Shown: positions 24,707 through 40,571 of the stretch, one piece after another | Layout of the letters: every line of letters starts with the position of its first letter | Numbering within the stretch: the stretch's first letter is position 1 | Assembly: GCF_000143415.4 (NCBI RefSeq) | Contig: NW_003314270.1 | Location: 1,168,722 to 1,232,721 of the forward strand | DNA length: 64,000 bases | DNA from: Selaginella moellendorffii | Taxonomy: Eukaryota > Plantae > Lycopodiophyta | Direction of reading: 5' to 3' | Notes under the pieces: model-generated | Database searches by the model: none | Told to the model about the DNA's origin: nothing | Seen by the model: only the letters and a program-made list of their open reading frames with translations | Position numbers and translations under genes: made by a program

Positions 24707-27700
24707 TTAACTTTCTTCTGCCTCATCATCAACATAATGATTTCTTTTATACTTCCTCCTATAGTGGTATTGTGGGGAAGATTCACCTTGCATATGTTGA
24801 GCCATGGCTTCTGCATAGTCAGGGAGACTTTGAAAGCCTCCAATTCTAGAAACTCCAGGTGACTGTGATCTATAAAATAGAATGAAATATATATTGAAAT
24901 TTTAATAAAACATAATTTACCTCCTTGAGGTTGAAGGCAACTCACGAAATCCTCTGAGCCGGCGTTTGAAGAAATGATGTTCTTCAATAGCAAACACCGA
25001 CCTACCAGAGTCACGTGCTGCCTCCACCATAGAACCACTACCTGCTGTGCAATCAATCACAATACCATCTGGTGGGCAATAGAGCTCAAGCAAGACTTGC
25101 ATTGCTGATGGAGTTCGGAATCGGTACCCTGGAAACGTGTTGCGGATCTGCTCATCCACAAGGTTGGGTATGATGTTAGTGGAACTGTCGTACCCAGGCA
25201 AAACACGTGTTGCACGTTCACTATCACGAAACCCATCATGTGTGTTTCTGCAGAAGGCATGATAGGTCCACATCATAACCTAGAAAATAAAAATGTTTAG
25301 AAATTAGATAAAAATATAAAATACATACTTACCTTTTCAGGCTTCCCTTGGACGCCCCTCGTATCAACGCCAATAGGATCCATAATGCACCCGGAAGAGA
25401 ATGACTTGAAATGAACTTCTGCTGCACACGTCATAAGCTCATACATCCAGTTGGGGTCGTTCGGTAGGATGAAGACGACATGGCCAGCTTCGAGCATAAG
25501 TGCTTCGGACAATAGGAATGCATCGCGCAAGTGGTCAGGTGTGAGAAAGTTCCAATCCTCAACTTTCCCATCGATATCTGAAAGACCATCTGGAAAGTCG
25601 AAGAGAATGAAGTCCGCAACTGGGAGCATGGGCCTTTGTATCTTTCGGCACCAACGGTTGAACTGGCGGCGTATATCCATATTGATGTCGTCTTCCGTGA
25701 AAGATGTCAATAATCTACTGTAAGAGCCAATGAAGATACCCACAATGCCTCGTTGTGTTATTGGGGACACAGGACGGACCTATAAAAGAGCTAAGTGAAT
25801 GAAAAAAGTAATAAATAGTATGATACCGTCATATGGCGTGTTGTCGATGAGAGTTCCTCCAACTCCTCTTCACGAGCATCTCGTCGAGCTGGAATGAAAT
25901 TACTACCAACAGTCATTGCTGCAAAAAACATGTATTACCACCTTTAGTTTGTAAAATTCACTTTTGCTTACCTCGAGGTCGACGTGATATTCGGTGAACC
26001 ACTTGATCATCGTTATTTACTGGTAAAACCTGATCCGGATCTTGGTTGTTTGATGGTTGAATTGGAGCCTGTTCCTGACTGTCTGGTGGTGGAACATGAA
26101 CTTGATCTGGAGCTTCCTCATCCTCGTCTCCATCGTCACTTGCATTGCCATCGTTGCTAGCATTGATAATTTCCTCGCGATCTAGTGTAGAGGTCTCCTT
26201 CCCTAGGAGTTCCAACTCCCAAGGGCATTCTATCTTCCGTGCCTTCGGAACTCTCGCAAACATTGTTGGATACATTCCTCCATCTCTTACACCCTTTGCA
26301 ACAAGTCGAGTGCAAACTGGTGCCTCAAATGGCATGCCTCTATATCGAAGATACCTGTAAACAATATATATTAAAAAACAGTCTTAGAAATCATATTATA
26401 CCTATAAGCTGCACGTCGCATGAAATAAGGTTGACCATGTTGGCAATCATAAGTTGTTGTGCTTGTAGACTTCTCTGGCAGCCACCCCTCTTCGATCCCT
26501 TCCAATGACGTGTTGATGTAGGTGTTGAAAGACATAAATGTGCCATCTGGATCGTCACCAATGTGTGGTGCCAAGAACTTCTCACCTTCACTTATAGTTT
26601 GCGTGATGTAGACAGCCCTTCTCATCATGTTCTCAAATAGTTCTGGCAGTCCTTTCTCTCTGTTCATCAAGCAGACATTGAGGAACTCCAGAGTCTCTAT
26701 CTGTTGCTTATATGGAAGCTTCGATTTTGCGATATTGTAAATCATGTCATCTGGAGTTTTGTTCACTGCAAAAGTAACATATGCATAATTAAGAAAAATG
26801 AAGTGTGATAAAAAACTTACATTCATGAGAAGAAATTTCGGCTATAGTCTCTAGCCACTCCTTCGGCCTGCGATTGTCTGCAATGCATACTAGTTTCTTC
26901 AACTTTGAGGACTTTGCATGCTGAATTTTGTGCTCAATTTGTACAAACTCAGCTGAGAGCTCTTCCCGACTCTTCTCCGGATATGCAAGTTCGTAAGCAT
27001 CCTGCTTGACCTTCACCAAAGGCTAAAAACAAAAATAATTAAAAGAGGCTTTTATAAAATAAAAGGGAAAGACATACCTTACACCACACAGCGAGCATAA
27101 AACTGATTGGGTTGTTGAACCAAGTTGTACCGTCATTTCGAGTGCGTGAGTGCCGAACAAGTGTTGCGAGATCATCACCATAATGTTGGCGGATGTCATC
27201 CTCACTCAAGTCTGCCAAAAATCGAAGTTGCTCGATGTCATGGACAAGATTTTGTTTTTGAACAGCGAACTGCCCAAGCCTACATTTAAACACAACAAAA
27301 CAAGTTAAAGTGGAGTTAGAGGTAAAATTATAAAACTTACGCATTGATCTTTTGGCAGGCCAAGATAAGTCTGTTGATATCCAAAGGTCCCCTCGCGTAG
27401 ACATGGCCGACTGGAACGTTGATATGGTAGACAGGATCATCGCGAAAATGATCGTCGATACACTTCATCCAAGCTCCATATCGGTGGTTACCGTCAATAA
27501 TTTGGAACATTGTCCCCGCAAGCTGTCGAGTCTCAGGATGTCTGATAAGCATGTCATCAAATTCTAGGGACTTCCTCCTCCAAATAGGATCCCAGCTATT
27601 CACAATCTCGGGTGTGACAGTAATGATCTCCGTTGTTCCTGGCTTGCAAAAAGAGACTAGAAACATACCGATATTTGTTGCAAGGCCATTCTGTTTGAAC

Positions 27701-28278
27701 AAGCTGTATATATCCGGGTTGACATACTTGGATGCTGTGCGGACAAGGTTCGTCTGCTGCAAACGGCAAAGGGGGATTTCTCTGATCAAGTCACAAGGGC
27801 CTGGCCACTTGAGCGCCTCAAGTGTTTGGTGAACTGCTTTTTCCCTTGTCCGCATAACAGTCTCTTGGAAGCGCTTGTCCACCACGTTGTCAGGAAGGTC
27901 TGCAACTCTTTCAGCTCCAGGCTGTTCCTCAGGCTCCCTATCGTGAACACCACTAGATTGCCCAACTTCAGGGATTTGCGTTGGTGGTGGTGGCGGTGGT
28001 GGCGGGGGCAGAGGCAATAGTGGCAGTGGTGGTGGCAATGGTGGTGGTGGCGGTGGCGGCGGGGGTAGAGGCAATAGTGGTAGTGGTGGTGGCAATGGTG
28101 GTGGTGGCGGTGGCGATGGAGGTGGTGGAGGTGGTGATGGAGGTGGTGGAGGTGGCGATGGCGGTGGTGGAGGTGGTGATGGTGGAGGTGATGGTGGTGG
28201 AGGTGGTGATGGTGGAGGTGATGGTGGTGGAGGTGGTGAATCTCTATCTAAATGTGTCTCTGTTGTGCCAATGGACAT
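24707..28278 (-). CDS. Intact 9-exon ~1049-aa protein: Pro-rich N-terminus, ParB-like domain, helical region, beta-class N4/N6 DNA methyltransferase-like domain
   Basis: Exons 28278-27341, 27279-27078, 27022-26821, 26765-26402, 26354-25972, 25918-25827, 25779-25333, 25279-24921, 24869-24707 splice in frame (3150 nt); FQIIDGNHRYGAW; ADFILFDFPDG; CPPDGIVIDCTAGSGSMVEAARDSGRSVFAIE. Confidence 0.8.
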
Positions 28279-28724
28279 GTCGATTGTGATGTCGTCGTCA
28301 GTACCAAATTGAACTTCTCGTGTCTTCTTGGCTCACCCAACCTTTTTTGCAAGAGAAAAAGTTTTGTTAGTCAAACTAAATAAAGATAATGAGAAATTCA
28401 AATAGTCAAAGAGAAAAAAAAAATCAAGTGGACGCCGCCACCGAAGTGCCTGAGGTGGCTGGCCCGAGCTCGACCTCGGGCACTTTAGGGGTCGGAGGGG
28501 CCAAGGTTATTTGAATAACCTCGGCCCCCTGGGCAGCCAAAGTGCCCGAGGTGGCCGGCCGGAGCTCGACCTCGGGCAGCAAAGAAGCAATCAAGAAAAA
28601 AAAAGGGAAGAAATGGAATGGAAGCAATGGACTCAAAAAATGGAAGTGGAAGCAATCAAATCGAAACTCACCCTTGGCGGCATCTTTCCTCCTTCGATTT
28701 CTTGATCGTGCTAGATTTCTTGTG

Positions 28725-28980
28725 CGCTCAATCTCTCCCGCTCGCGCACTCAATCTCTCCCGCTCGCGCGCTCAATCTCTCCCGCTCACGTGCTCAAACT
28801 CTCCCGCTCGCGCGCTCAATCTCTCCCGCTCGCGCGCTCAATCTCTCGATCTCTTGCACGCTCAATCTCTCGATCTCCTTCGCGCTCAATCGCTCGATCT
28901 CCTTCGCGCTCAATCGCTCGATCTCCTTCGCGCTCAATCCCTCGATCTCCTTCGCGCTCAATCTCTCGATCTCTCACGCG
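28725..28980 (+). repeat. 20-bp and 24-bp tandem arrays upstream of the ParB-MTase gene
   Basis: GCGCTCAATCTCTCCCGCTC x~5, then CGCGCTCAATCGCTCGATCTCCTT x~5. Confidence 0.9.
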
Positions 28981-29872
28981 CTCCACTCACGATGCAAACA
29001 GTAACCTAATCTTGGCGGCTACCCTAACCCTAATCCTGACGGCTGCCCTAACCCTAACCAATCTCTAATCCTGGCCGTTCATTCCGAATAACCTAAATCT
29101 CAACCATCACAATATCTTTGATCTTATTTTATCTTATCATTATTATTATATGTAAATTATGCTTCTTTATTTTGTATATTTTAATGATGGTATAACTAGC
29201 ACCTATCAACATTTCTGTTATTAGAGATATGATATTATATTTTACAAATTATCTAGAAAGGATGCATTCTCATCACTATTTTGTACATATTTTGGAATCG
29301 TTACAAGAACTTCAAAGAGTATAAATAAGGCACGTTAAAATATGTTGTACTATATCCATCTATGAATGGATGAATCCTCATCCAAAAATTTATTTTGTAC
29401 TGTATTAGATCCTAGACAATAGGCACGTGCTTTAAATGTCATTGAGCAGTGTTCACAATTATGGATAAAACTTGAGTTGTACTACGAATCAAATCTGTTA
29501 TTGAAGAATAAGATTTGACAAGATTTATTATCATCTACCACTCAAAATTTGACAACTTGACATATCACACGTGCTGATAGTTAGATTGGATCTCTTGGTT
29601 TGACACGTTATAGCTGAATGTCATTACTGGTATCATTATTAACTATCAAACTTCACGTGCTGAAAATCTTTCCTTGGATCTATGTGTATACATGCATCAG
29701 ACATCATAATAGATGACAGTAATATTAATACTGTCACACTTACACATGTTAAATTTGCTATAGAATTTAAATTCATTTTGTACGTTGTCTTCTTATTACT
29801 CTATTTAAATTTCAATTATGTTTCACTATAGATTTTTACAAGTAGCATAAAGAGAGAGAATTCCAAAACCTA

Positions 29873-32800
29873 TTGAGAAGGATGGAGAGGTTTCTTCTTC
29901 ATTTTCGAGATCACCCACCTCTTTCATTCTCTCAGAGTATTGTTTCTGAAATTTTTTTATGTCGGCGTTTTGATCTTCGTCTTGGCTCTATTTCTTTAGA
30001 GGCTGTGATCCGCAACGACACCGGTATAGTTGCATACTCGGAGTTTCTTCTTTCTGGTGTGGGCGAGGGTGGACAACAATGGGATTTACAAAATTCCAAG
30101 TCGAAGGAGATTCGAGTGTTTGGATCTCCAGTCAAAATGCCAAAATGCGCTCCAGCGAAAGTGAATGTGAAGCAAGAGTCAGTCGTTATCCTCTCGTCCT
30201 CTTCTAGTTCAAGTGAAGATGTCATGCTAGTGTCGGCGCCAAATTCACCAGCTCCAGCTCCAACTTCAGCAATATTCAAAGCCGTTAGCAATGCTTTCCA
30301 GTTTTCACGCCTCTCAATCGACGTGCACTTGTTTTTGTATAGGCTTGTGAGTGAGCTTCCATCCTCCTACAACGGCAACATTTTCTTCGAGCTACCACCT
30401 CTTGTCAGCAGCACAGGTTCCAAACGGAAGGGGATGGAAACCAAGCAGGATGTCCACAATTGGTGCAAGATCAAGACCACACACTTCCAACATTTTGAAG
30501 GCACAGTGTCTATAGTTCATTGTGGCGGGCATTTAGATTGTGTGGATGAAGCATGCAATCGAGACCGCTCTAGAAACTCTATATTTTTCGAAGGGTCTGC
30601 AGTCAATCCTCCAGCATGTGACACCATTGCTGTTGGATTCAAATGTCGATTCTGCAAAAATGCTCCTCTATGTCGTGCTATCTGCGATGCCAAGATGTAC
30701 TACTTTCTTCCACGGGATGGAGTGGCTGGAAGAGCTGCAGTGCATGTTGGCACACATATGCATCCAATGCAGGAAGGGATACAAAGGAGTTCTCTCAACC
30801 GTTTCAAAGATGCTGTACAGGAAGAGACTATGAGAAACTCATCTGCAACTCCGAAGCATGTTCAGAAGACCGTCCTCAAGGATTTTATCGCAAATACCTT
30901 ACTCAATCCAGGTTTCCAAAAGACTCAACTAAACGAGGCTAGCTTGCGGGACTTACTACGAGGAGTACAACCTGCTACTAGCCTAAGGAGGTACATCCGT
31001 TATTTTTCATACGTTATAATAATAATTTTTTCTTACATTATATTGTTTAGGATAAAATCTTGGATGTGTGAATCTCGAGAGGGGAAGTTGCAATCAAAAA
31101 TTGACTCTATCCTTGAATTGAAACGGACCTGTCCATACGAGTTCATCCACGGAAGTTTGTTTCCAGACCAAGTTGTGAATGAGCAAGAGCGCCCCTTCGT
31201 CTTCAAAATGTCTACCATGGGCCCTGCCTCTGGCGTAGATCTTGTCTCCCGAATGGACATGTTTGGGTCCAGTGACCTTGCAAATGCATGGGTACATTTT
31301 GACCATATGGAGCGTGTATCCGGTTGGACAACCATGGAAGCTCATGTGTATGATCCAAGGTAATTTTTATTCTCATTATATTGAAATTGTTATGATATTT
31401 ATGTTTTTATAGGCTACGTTGTAACTTAACAATTGCGACATCAGAGTTTAAAGTACAAGACCAGACAGCACAGGAAATATTTTGGAAGTCCCTCTCTGAT
31501 ATTGTCCTAAAGCGGACTGGTAAGCCTGCAAACTTTCGTGGTTTCATGGCAGATGGGGCTGGTGCAAATTGGAATGGTATCCGAGCAGTTTTTGGGAATG
31601 GTCAACCATTGGAAGGTCGTGAGAGGACTTGTGAGTTCCATTGGGCTCAAAGCCTAAACCAGCACTGCCACCTTATCAAGCCAGAGTTTCAATCAATATT
31701 TAAGGAGTTGTGCAAACAATGGCAGGTTGCACCTTCTGAAGAAGAGCATGAGGCAAAAGCAAATGAGATCCGAATGTGGTGGCGTGAAGATGGCCATACA
31801 GATGTAAGTTGCCTACCACAACTTGAGTCATGGTTAGGATGGTGGGAAGTTAGGATGTTCCAATGGGGACATCACTCTTTTCAGGTTGGTTTATATTTTT
31901 TCTTCTCCTTTTATTACCTTTTAATATTGCCTTTTCCATTAGGATCAACCACTTGAGGACCTCGCATACACCCCAACTGTGAATCTCTCCGAAAGTAAGC
32001 ATTGGAGTTGGCGTTCCTCTGAGGCAGGGAAAGGGAAGATGAGTCTATACGAAGCCTGTCTATCAGATTTGATACGTGCTATAGAGCAATCTTCAAAAGC
32101 ACTGGCATTCGAGGAAGGAAGATATATGGGAACAGGGCCTTCTGTTGAGATGTTACATGATAGGATGAAGAGAAAATTAACTCCACCCGCCCGAACAGTG
32201 GCAACTGCAGTTGAGGAAGTGGTCCGTGGCACATCTATGGAGTACACTCCCCGAGCTTCTATTGGTGATATGAAGACTGTTCGCTCAAAGCGTCGTTTTT
32301 CCTTTGCTAGGGAAGATGTTGGTACGGACCTTGGAGCAAAAAGCTCCCACAGGCCTGATGTCGAGTACCATTCTGCTCCAAGACACCGCTCTCGGACTGA
32401 GCCACCTCAAGTGGCTGATGAAGAGAGTGCATCGCAACAGGTTGAAATTGCTTACCGTAGTGTGGAGCCGAAGCAATGGGCAATCCGACGTGTGCCAGCA
32501 AAATCAAATGTAAGGTGTGTGGGGATGCTTCCGAGGGGCAAGTGTTGGGCCTGGATTCGTGGTGAAAAATCTGCTTCTGTTCCAGCCCCATGTTTCTATG
32601 GGGAACGAAAGCAAGCAGGATTTTCAAGATGGTGCTGGCTATATTGTTGCAACACCGACGCCAACCATACGAAGCGGCTTGAAGACACTATAATGACTAA
32701 ACCTGATGCAGTACCTAAAGAATGGCCGGTTGCTAATGGGGTCGCGCTCACCTCGGATGAGATTGAAAACCTTGAGAAATCTGGTTTTAATCTTGAGAGG

Positions 32801-33220
32801 AGAGTTGGAGACATGAGTGACAGGAGCAGGACTATTCCTACAGAGATGCACAGGAGGCCAGCACGAAAAGGTAAAGCAGTTAAATTTATTGGTACCGTCT
32901 CCAAGCAGAAGCAAGGTAAAATAAACTTGGCTCAAACACTTGAGTGTGAGATTCTCTCCACGAAGTACATCACTGCGCTTGCAAAGGAGTACATAGTCAA
33001 AACAGAAGGTGGAGAGTACACAATTGCCATTCACGACTTTCCTTCTTGCACATGTCCAGACTTTATGAAGCGCGAGGAACATGGGAAGGCATATGCTCCT
33101 TGCAAGCATATGTACTACATTTTCATCAACATCTTGCACCAGGATCCTAAAGTGGATATTCATATACACCAAGCAAGCCTTACTATTGCTGAGTTGCAAA
33201 AAACTTTTGGAGCTAATTAA
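29873..33220 (+). CDS. MULE-like DDE transposase with GCM-like N-terminal Zn domain and C-terminal SWIM finger; appears intact (start codon uncertain)
   Basis: CGGHLDC..CRFC..HVGTHMHP; WVHFDH, FMADGAG, TCEFHWAQ (CxxH), NLSESKH; SWIM CTCPDF..CKH; introns 30991-31050, 31360-31412, 31885-31942 keep frame. Confidence 0.8.
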
Positions 33221-33311
33221 ATTTCTCCAACACTATCGATGTTTATTCTCTATCAATAAAACTTATTATACTTTATATAATTAATACAAATGTGCTTTTT
33301 CATTTCACTTT

Positions 33312-33764
33312 TCATTTTATATGCTTCCGAGTGTTCTTCTCGCAATACTGCCCATAGTACTCGTGTGTCTCCATTTCTGTCTTTACCATCTCAAAAAAGA
33401 TTTCATGGTAGTCTTTCGGGTGCGTGATGTTGCAATGTGTCGCAAGAGCATATATACCATCATACTGATCATTGCCATTGTTTCCACCAGACGCTAGAAA
33501 ACATATGGGGCACTTCTTGAAAGTGGCAGAATTGCATTTTTCTAAAACAAGTAAGAGGGCATTCTTTTTCACCCAATTTGTTGCACCCTCTGTCATTGCA
33601 TTTATCTCCAACTCATGATCACTATCCTCACTATCCTCTCTTTCATTCTCTTGTGTGATTTGGTTATGCTGTGCAATGGGATAGTTATTGCATCTCCTAG
33701 CCCTTGAGCTCTGGGAAGAAAGATTGTGAGAGTTAAAATTACCAACACTAGAACCCATAGACAT
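33312..33764 (-). CDS. 150-aa protein with an SGS3-type XS zinc-finger-like motif
   Basis: CPICF..GG....YDGIYALATHC.......HEIFFEMV resembles zf-XS CPAC..W/YxGLxxLxxHA...H. Confidence 0.5.
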   Translation of the reverse strand: MSMGSSVGNFNSHNLSSQSSRARRCNNYPIAQHNQITQENEREDSEDSDHELEINAMTEGATNWVKKNALLLVLEKCNSATFKKCPICFLASGGNNGNDQYDGIYALATHCNITHPKDYHEIFFEMVKTEMETHEYYGQYCEKNTRKHIK

Positions 33765-34527
33765 TTGTGGGTGTATTTCCCTTTTTTTGAATGAGAGTGT
33801 GAATGAAGATCTATAAATTCTAGACAGTATGCTACGACAAACCCCTCAAGAATGTATTCTACAAAGAACCAAGTCTTTCTTTTATATGCAATAAGCTTAC
33901 ATCAATGGTTATTTTTTTTCCTTTCAAACGGTTATATGGTTTCACATAGAATCTTATTTGAAATTTAATAATTTTTTAATTCTGACAAACCTAACATTTA
34001 CTAGCCAAAAAGCATAGAGTACAAATTTAAAGAAGTGACAAGAATACTCTTTTTTCAAACATTTTATTTTATGTTCTAACAAATGTCCCTATCATTGCAT
34101 GTAGTAAATATTTAAATTATTAGAACAAAATGTGTTCTTTAGAACATTTTTATCTATATAATATATAGAGAGTTATTAAATTATTAGGTTCGCCATAACC
34201 TTAAAATTTTAAAATTTATAATGTTCGTACTAAATTACAATTGAAAATTGAGCTCAACTCGTGAGCTCAACTCTTCAACTCGTGAGCTCAAGTATGGTCC
34301 GCGCCCCTAAAAACCATCCCACATATTGTATCTTAAGAGTCTCCATGTTTTTATGCAAAGTATCACTACCACACCATGATCCAGCATCATAGAAACCAGT
34401 CTCATTGATTGTGAAGATTCGGGGGGAATGAAAAATCGGTATATATGGATCACTTGCCTTGTGCTGAGTCATAGATGTAAAATGTGAGCAATGGCTTGTT
34501 TGGTGTCAATTGATCCCTCTGTATACA

Positions 34528-35260
34528 AGGATAGTCTAAAATTGAGTTAGAGCTTAACTCATCTCAAGTTAATACTAGTCAACATAGTTAACTATAAGTC
34601 TTATAAAAGAAATTTTATATTAGAAAAATATTATTCCTTAATGAACTTGAAATCCATGAATTTAATTGTTGAGAAATTTATATTTTTTCATACTATTATA
34701 GAAATTTTTTCTAATTTCTAATGTGAGTGATACAATAAAATACTGATTGAGTAGTTTCTATAATTAAAAGTTTTTCCAAACCCATATAATTATTTTTTAC
34801 ATTCACAACGTTAAAGCATTTTTGGGCTCAAATAAAAATGGGAATATTGAAGTTTGTTATGAACCTGAAAATTTCTATTATATATTTTACATTTTGACAT
34901 TTTCACATGTCAATAATAGACTGCTACACATTAGGCTAGAAACATATAAATAATTCAAAACACACATCTATTTATTTATTCTTTAGGGTTTTACAAAGAT
35001 TGGAAGTAAGGAAGACACAAAAATTAGAAGTAGTTGTAATATAAAGAAATATAAGAATATTAATTTTTTTCGCTACCATAATCTCTATATTATACTCTTG
35101 GTCCTTCTTACCCATCCGAGAATGTGGATACCATTGTCATTAATGATTAAAATGCTCATGTTATTTTTGAAACAACAAGAGAAAAAAAGAAATGAACACA
35201 GTAAAAAACATTAAAAAATCCACTCTATAAAACTTTCTATGGCATTTGTAATCCACTTAA
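34528..35260 (+). repeat. Degenerate second copy of the left end of the TIR element
   Basis: GGATAGTCTAAAATTGAGTTAGAGC; 35000-35255 aligns with 22830-23105. Confidence 0.8.
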
Positions 35261-35399
35261 ATATTATAAAGAAAAGCAAGTTGTTTAATTATTTCCTAAT
35301 TATTCTTTATATGTGGATGATATATATAAATCTTTTAGTCAAATCTATATATAAAACTTAGATAAAACAATTAGGGCAATGATCTAGATTAGGGATTGT

Positions 35400-39260
<3,861 letters not shown>

Positions 39261-40571
39261 GGCAGTACACATTTCTTGTCACGAACACCATGCTAAAGAA
39301 GGTGGTGTGCTAGAGAGTAGAGAAATGGTGAACAAGAAGTTGGTATGGTGTGCAATTTGGTCACCAAGTGGCAAGAACATGTTCAGCTATCTTTAATGCA
39401 TGGGATGAATAAGTCGCCTCACATGGTATGGGCCATTGCTATGGGCATGAAGCAAGAAATGGATATTTCTGTGTCCAATCATACGTGGACCAATAACATT
39501 ATGACACGTACTCTCTCTCACACACACAAACACTCAAGGCTCGGAAAATTTGCCGCGACGCAAGCCCCGGATCTAGTCCAGCGACAAAAGTAAGTTTTGT
39601 GTGAAACAAGGCATCTCTCTCCTTGTGTTTTTTCCTCTTTCTGGAACTCGTCTTCTCGCGGAAAGTTCATTGTCACGCCAGAGACTTAACGGGATTCTAA
39701 ATCATTGTAACTTCTCCTTTCAAAATCTTTTTTCTCAAACGATTCGCCTTTGTATTGCTGCTGAGTCATAGCTATGCCGGAATTGCCGGCTAGTTTTACA
39801 ATCTTCGCTGCCGGATCAACGAAAGCGAACTTTCCAAACACCGCCAGCAACAATCTTCCCTCGAGAGCACAAAAAAGGGAAAAGAACGAGCTCTACTCTA
39901 CAATACCTAGAACCTCGCGCCGGGTATGAAATTGAAGAAATGTAGCACCAATTGCTCCGCCATGGGCGCCTCGAACGCTTGCTTTTGACCCGGAGCTCCC
40001 TCCTGTCGCGGACATTGGGCGCTCTCTTCGTGGCCAACGCCCACCACCGGTGCCTCCGCAAACACGATTGGGGCAGCGGCGTTGCCCACCGCGGCCGCAG
40101 CTGCTACCGTCGCCAGCGATCGCGATTTCTTCCCTGCCATGGAGGATCTAAAGCGCGGAGAAGAATGGAGAGAGGAAAACAAAAATCTTGCCCTTGCGTT
40201 TTCTTCCGGGCCCCTTCGTTTTAATACTGGCGGTGAAGAAAAGGAGGGTATCTGACGTGTCCAAGTAGTGTCCACTAGATGAAATGACAGAAAATTCGTG
40301 TCTACCTCTAGGTTTAGGGCTTCTCGAGAATATGCGTTGCGTGGGGTGGAATATTCTAGCTGTGTTAGCCAGCTTGCATGAGTGGTGTTTAAGCTAGTGA
40401 AGATTTTTCGCCATCATGTGGCATTACGTCAAGTTGCTCGCCTTGTTTAATCCCTGATTTTCGCGTAATGCGAGTGCTTAATATAAATCTGGGCCAGCAG
40501 CCAAGCAAAGTCTCGCGGCAAGAGAGGCTTCGTTCGTTCTTTGCTTCTTCTTTCTAGCTTTGCTTCTGGCG

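Larger units (their letters stand above)
22477..34320. mobile_element. ~11.8-kb TIR DNA transposon (MULE-like) with cargo genes
   Basis: Ends GGGATGGT...ACCATCCC with inverted subterminal TTGAGCTCAYGAGTTGAGCTCAATT arrays; left end interrupts gag; no TSD seen. Confidence 0.72.

Noticed and set aside
24707-28278. Bacterial contamination as the source of the ParB/MTase gene
   Set aside because: Eight canonical short GT-AG introns and embedding among plant transposons
27981-29068. Val-rich and RAQSL-repeat ORFs
   Set aside because: Antisense of poly-Pro codons and translations of tandem arrays
22468-34329. Target-site duplication of the TIR element
   Set aside because: Flanks GGTAGCACG and ACATATTGT do not match, and gag does not resume on the right; possible adjacent deletion or rearrangement
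39816-40275. GC-rich short minus-strand ORFs, possibly a small gene
   Set aside because: No recognisable motif and frame ambiguous; cannot support a call
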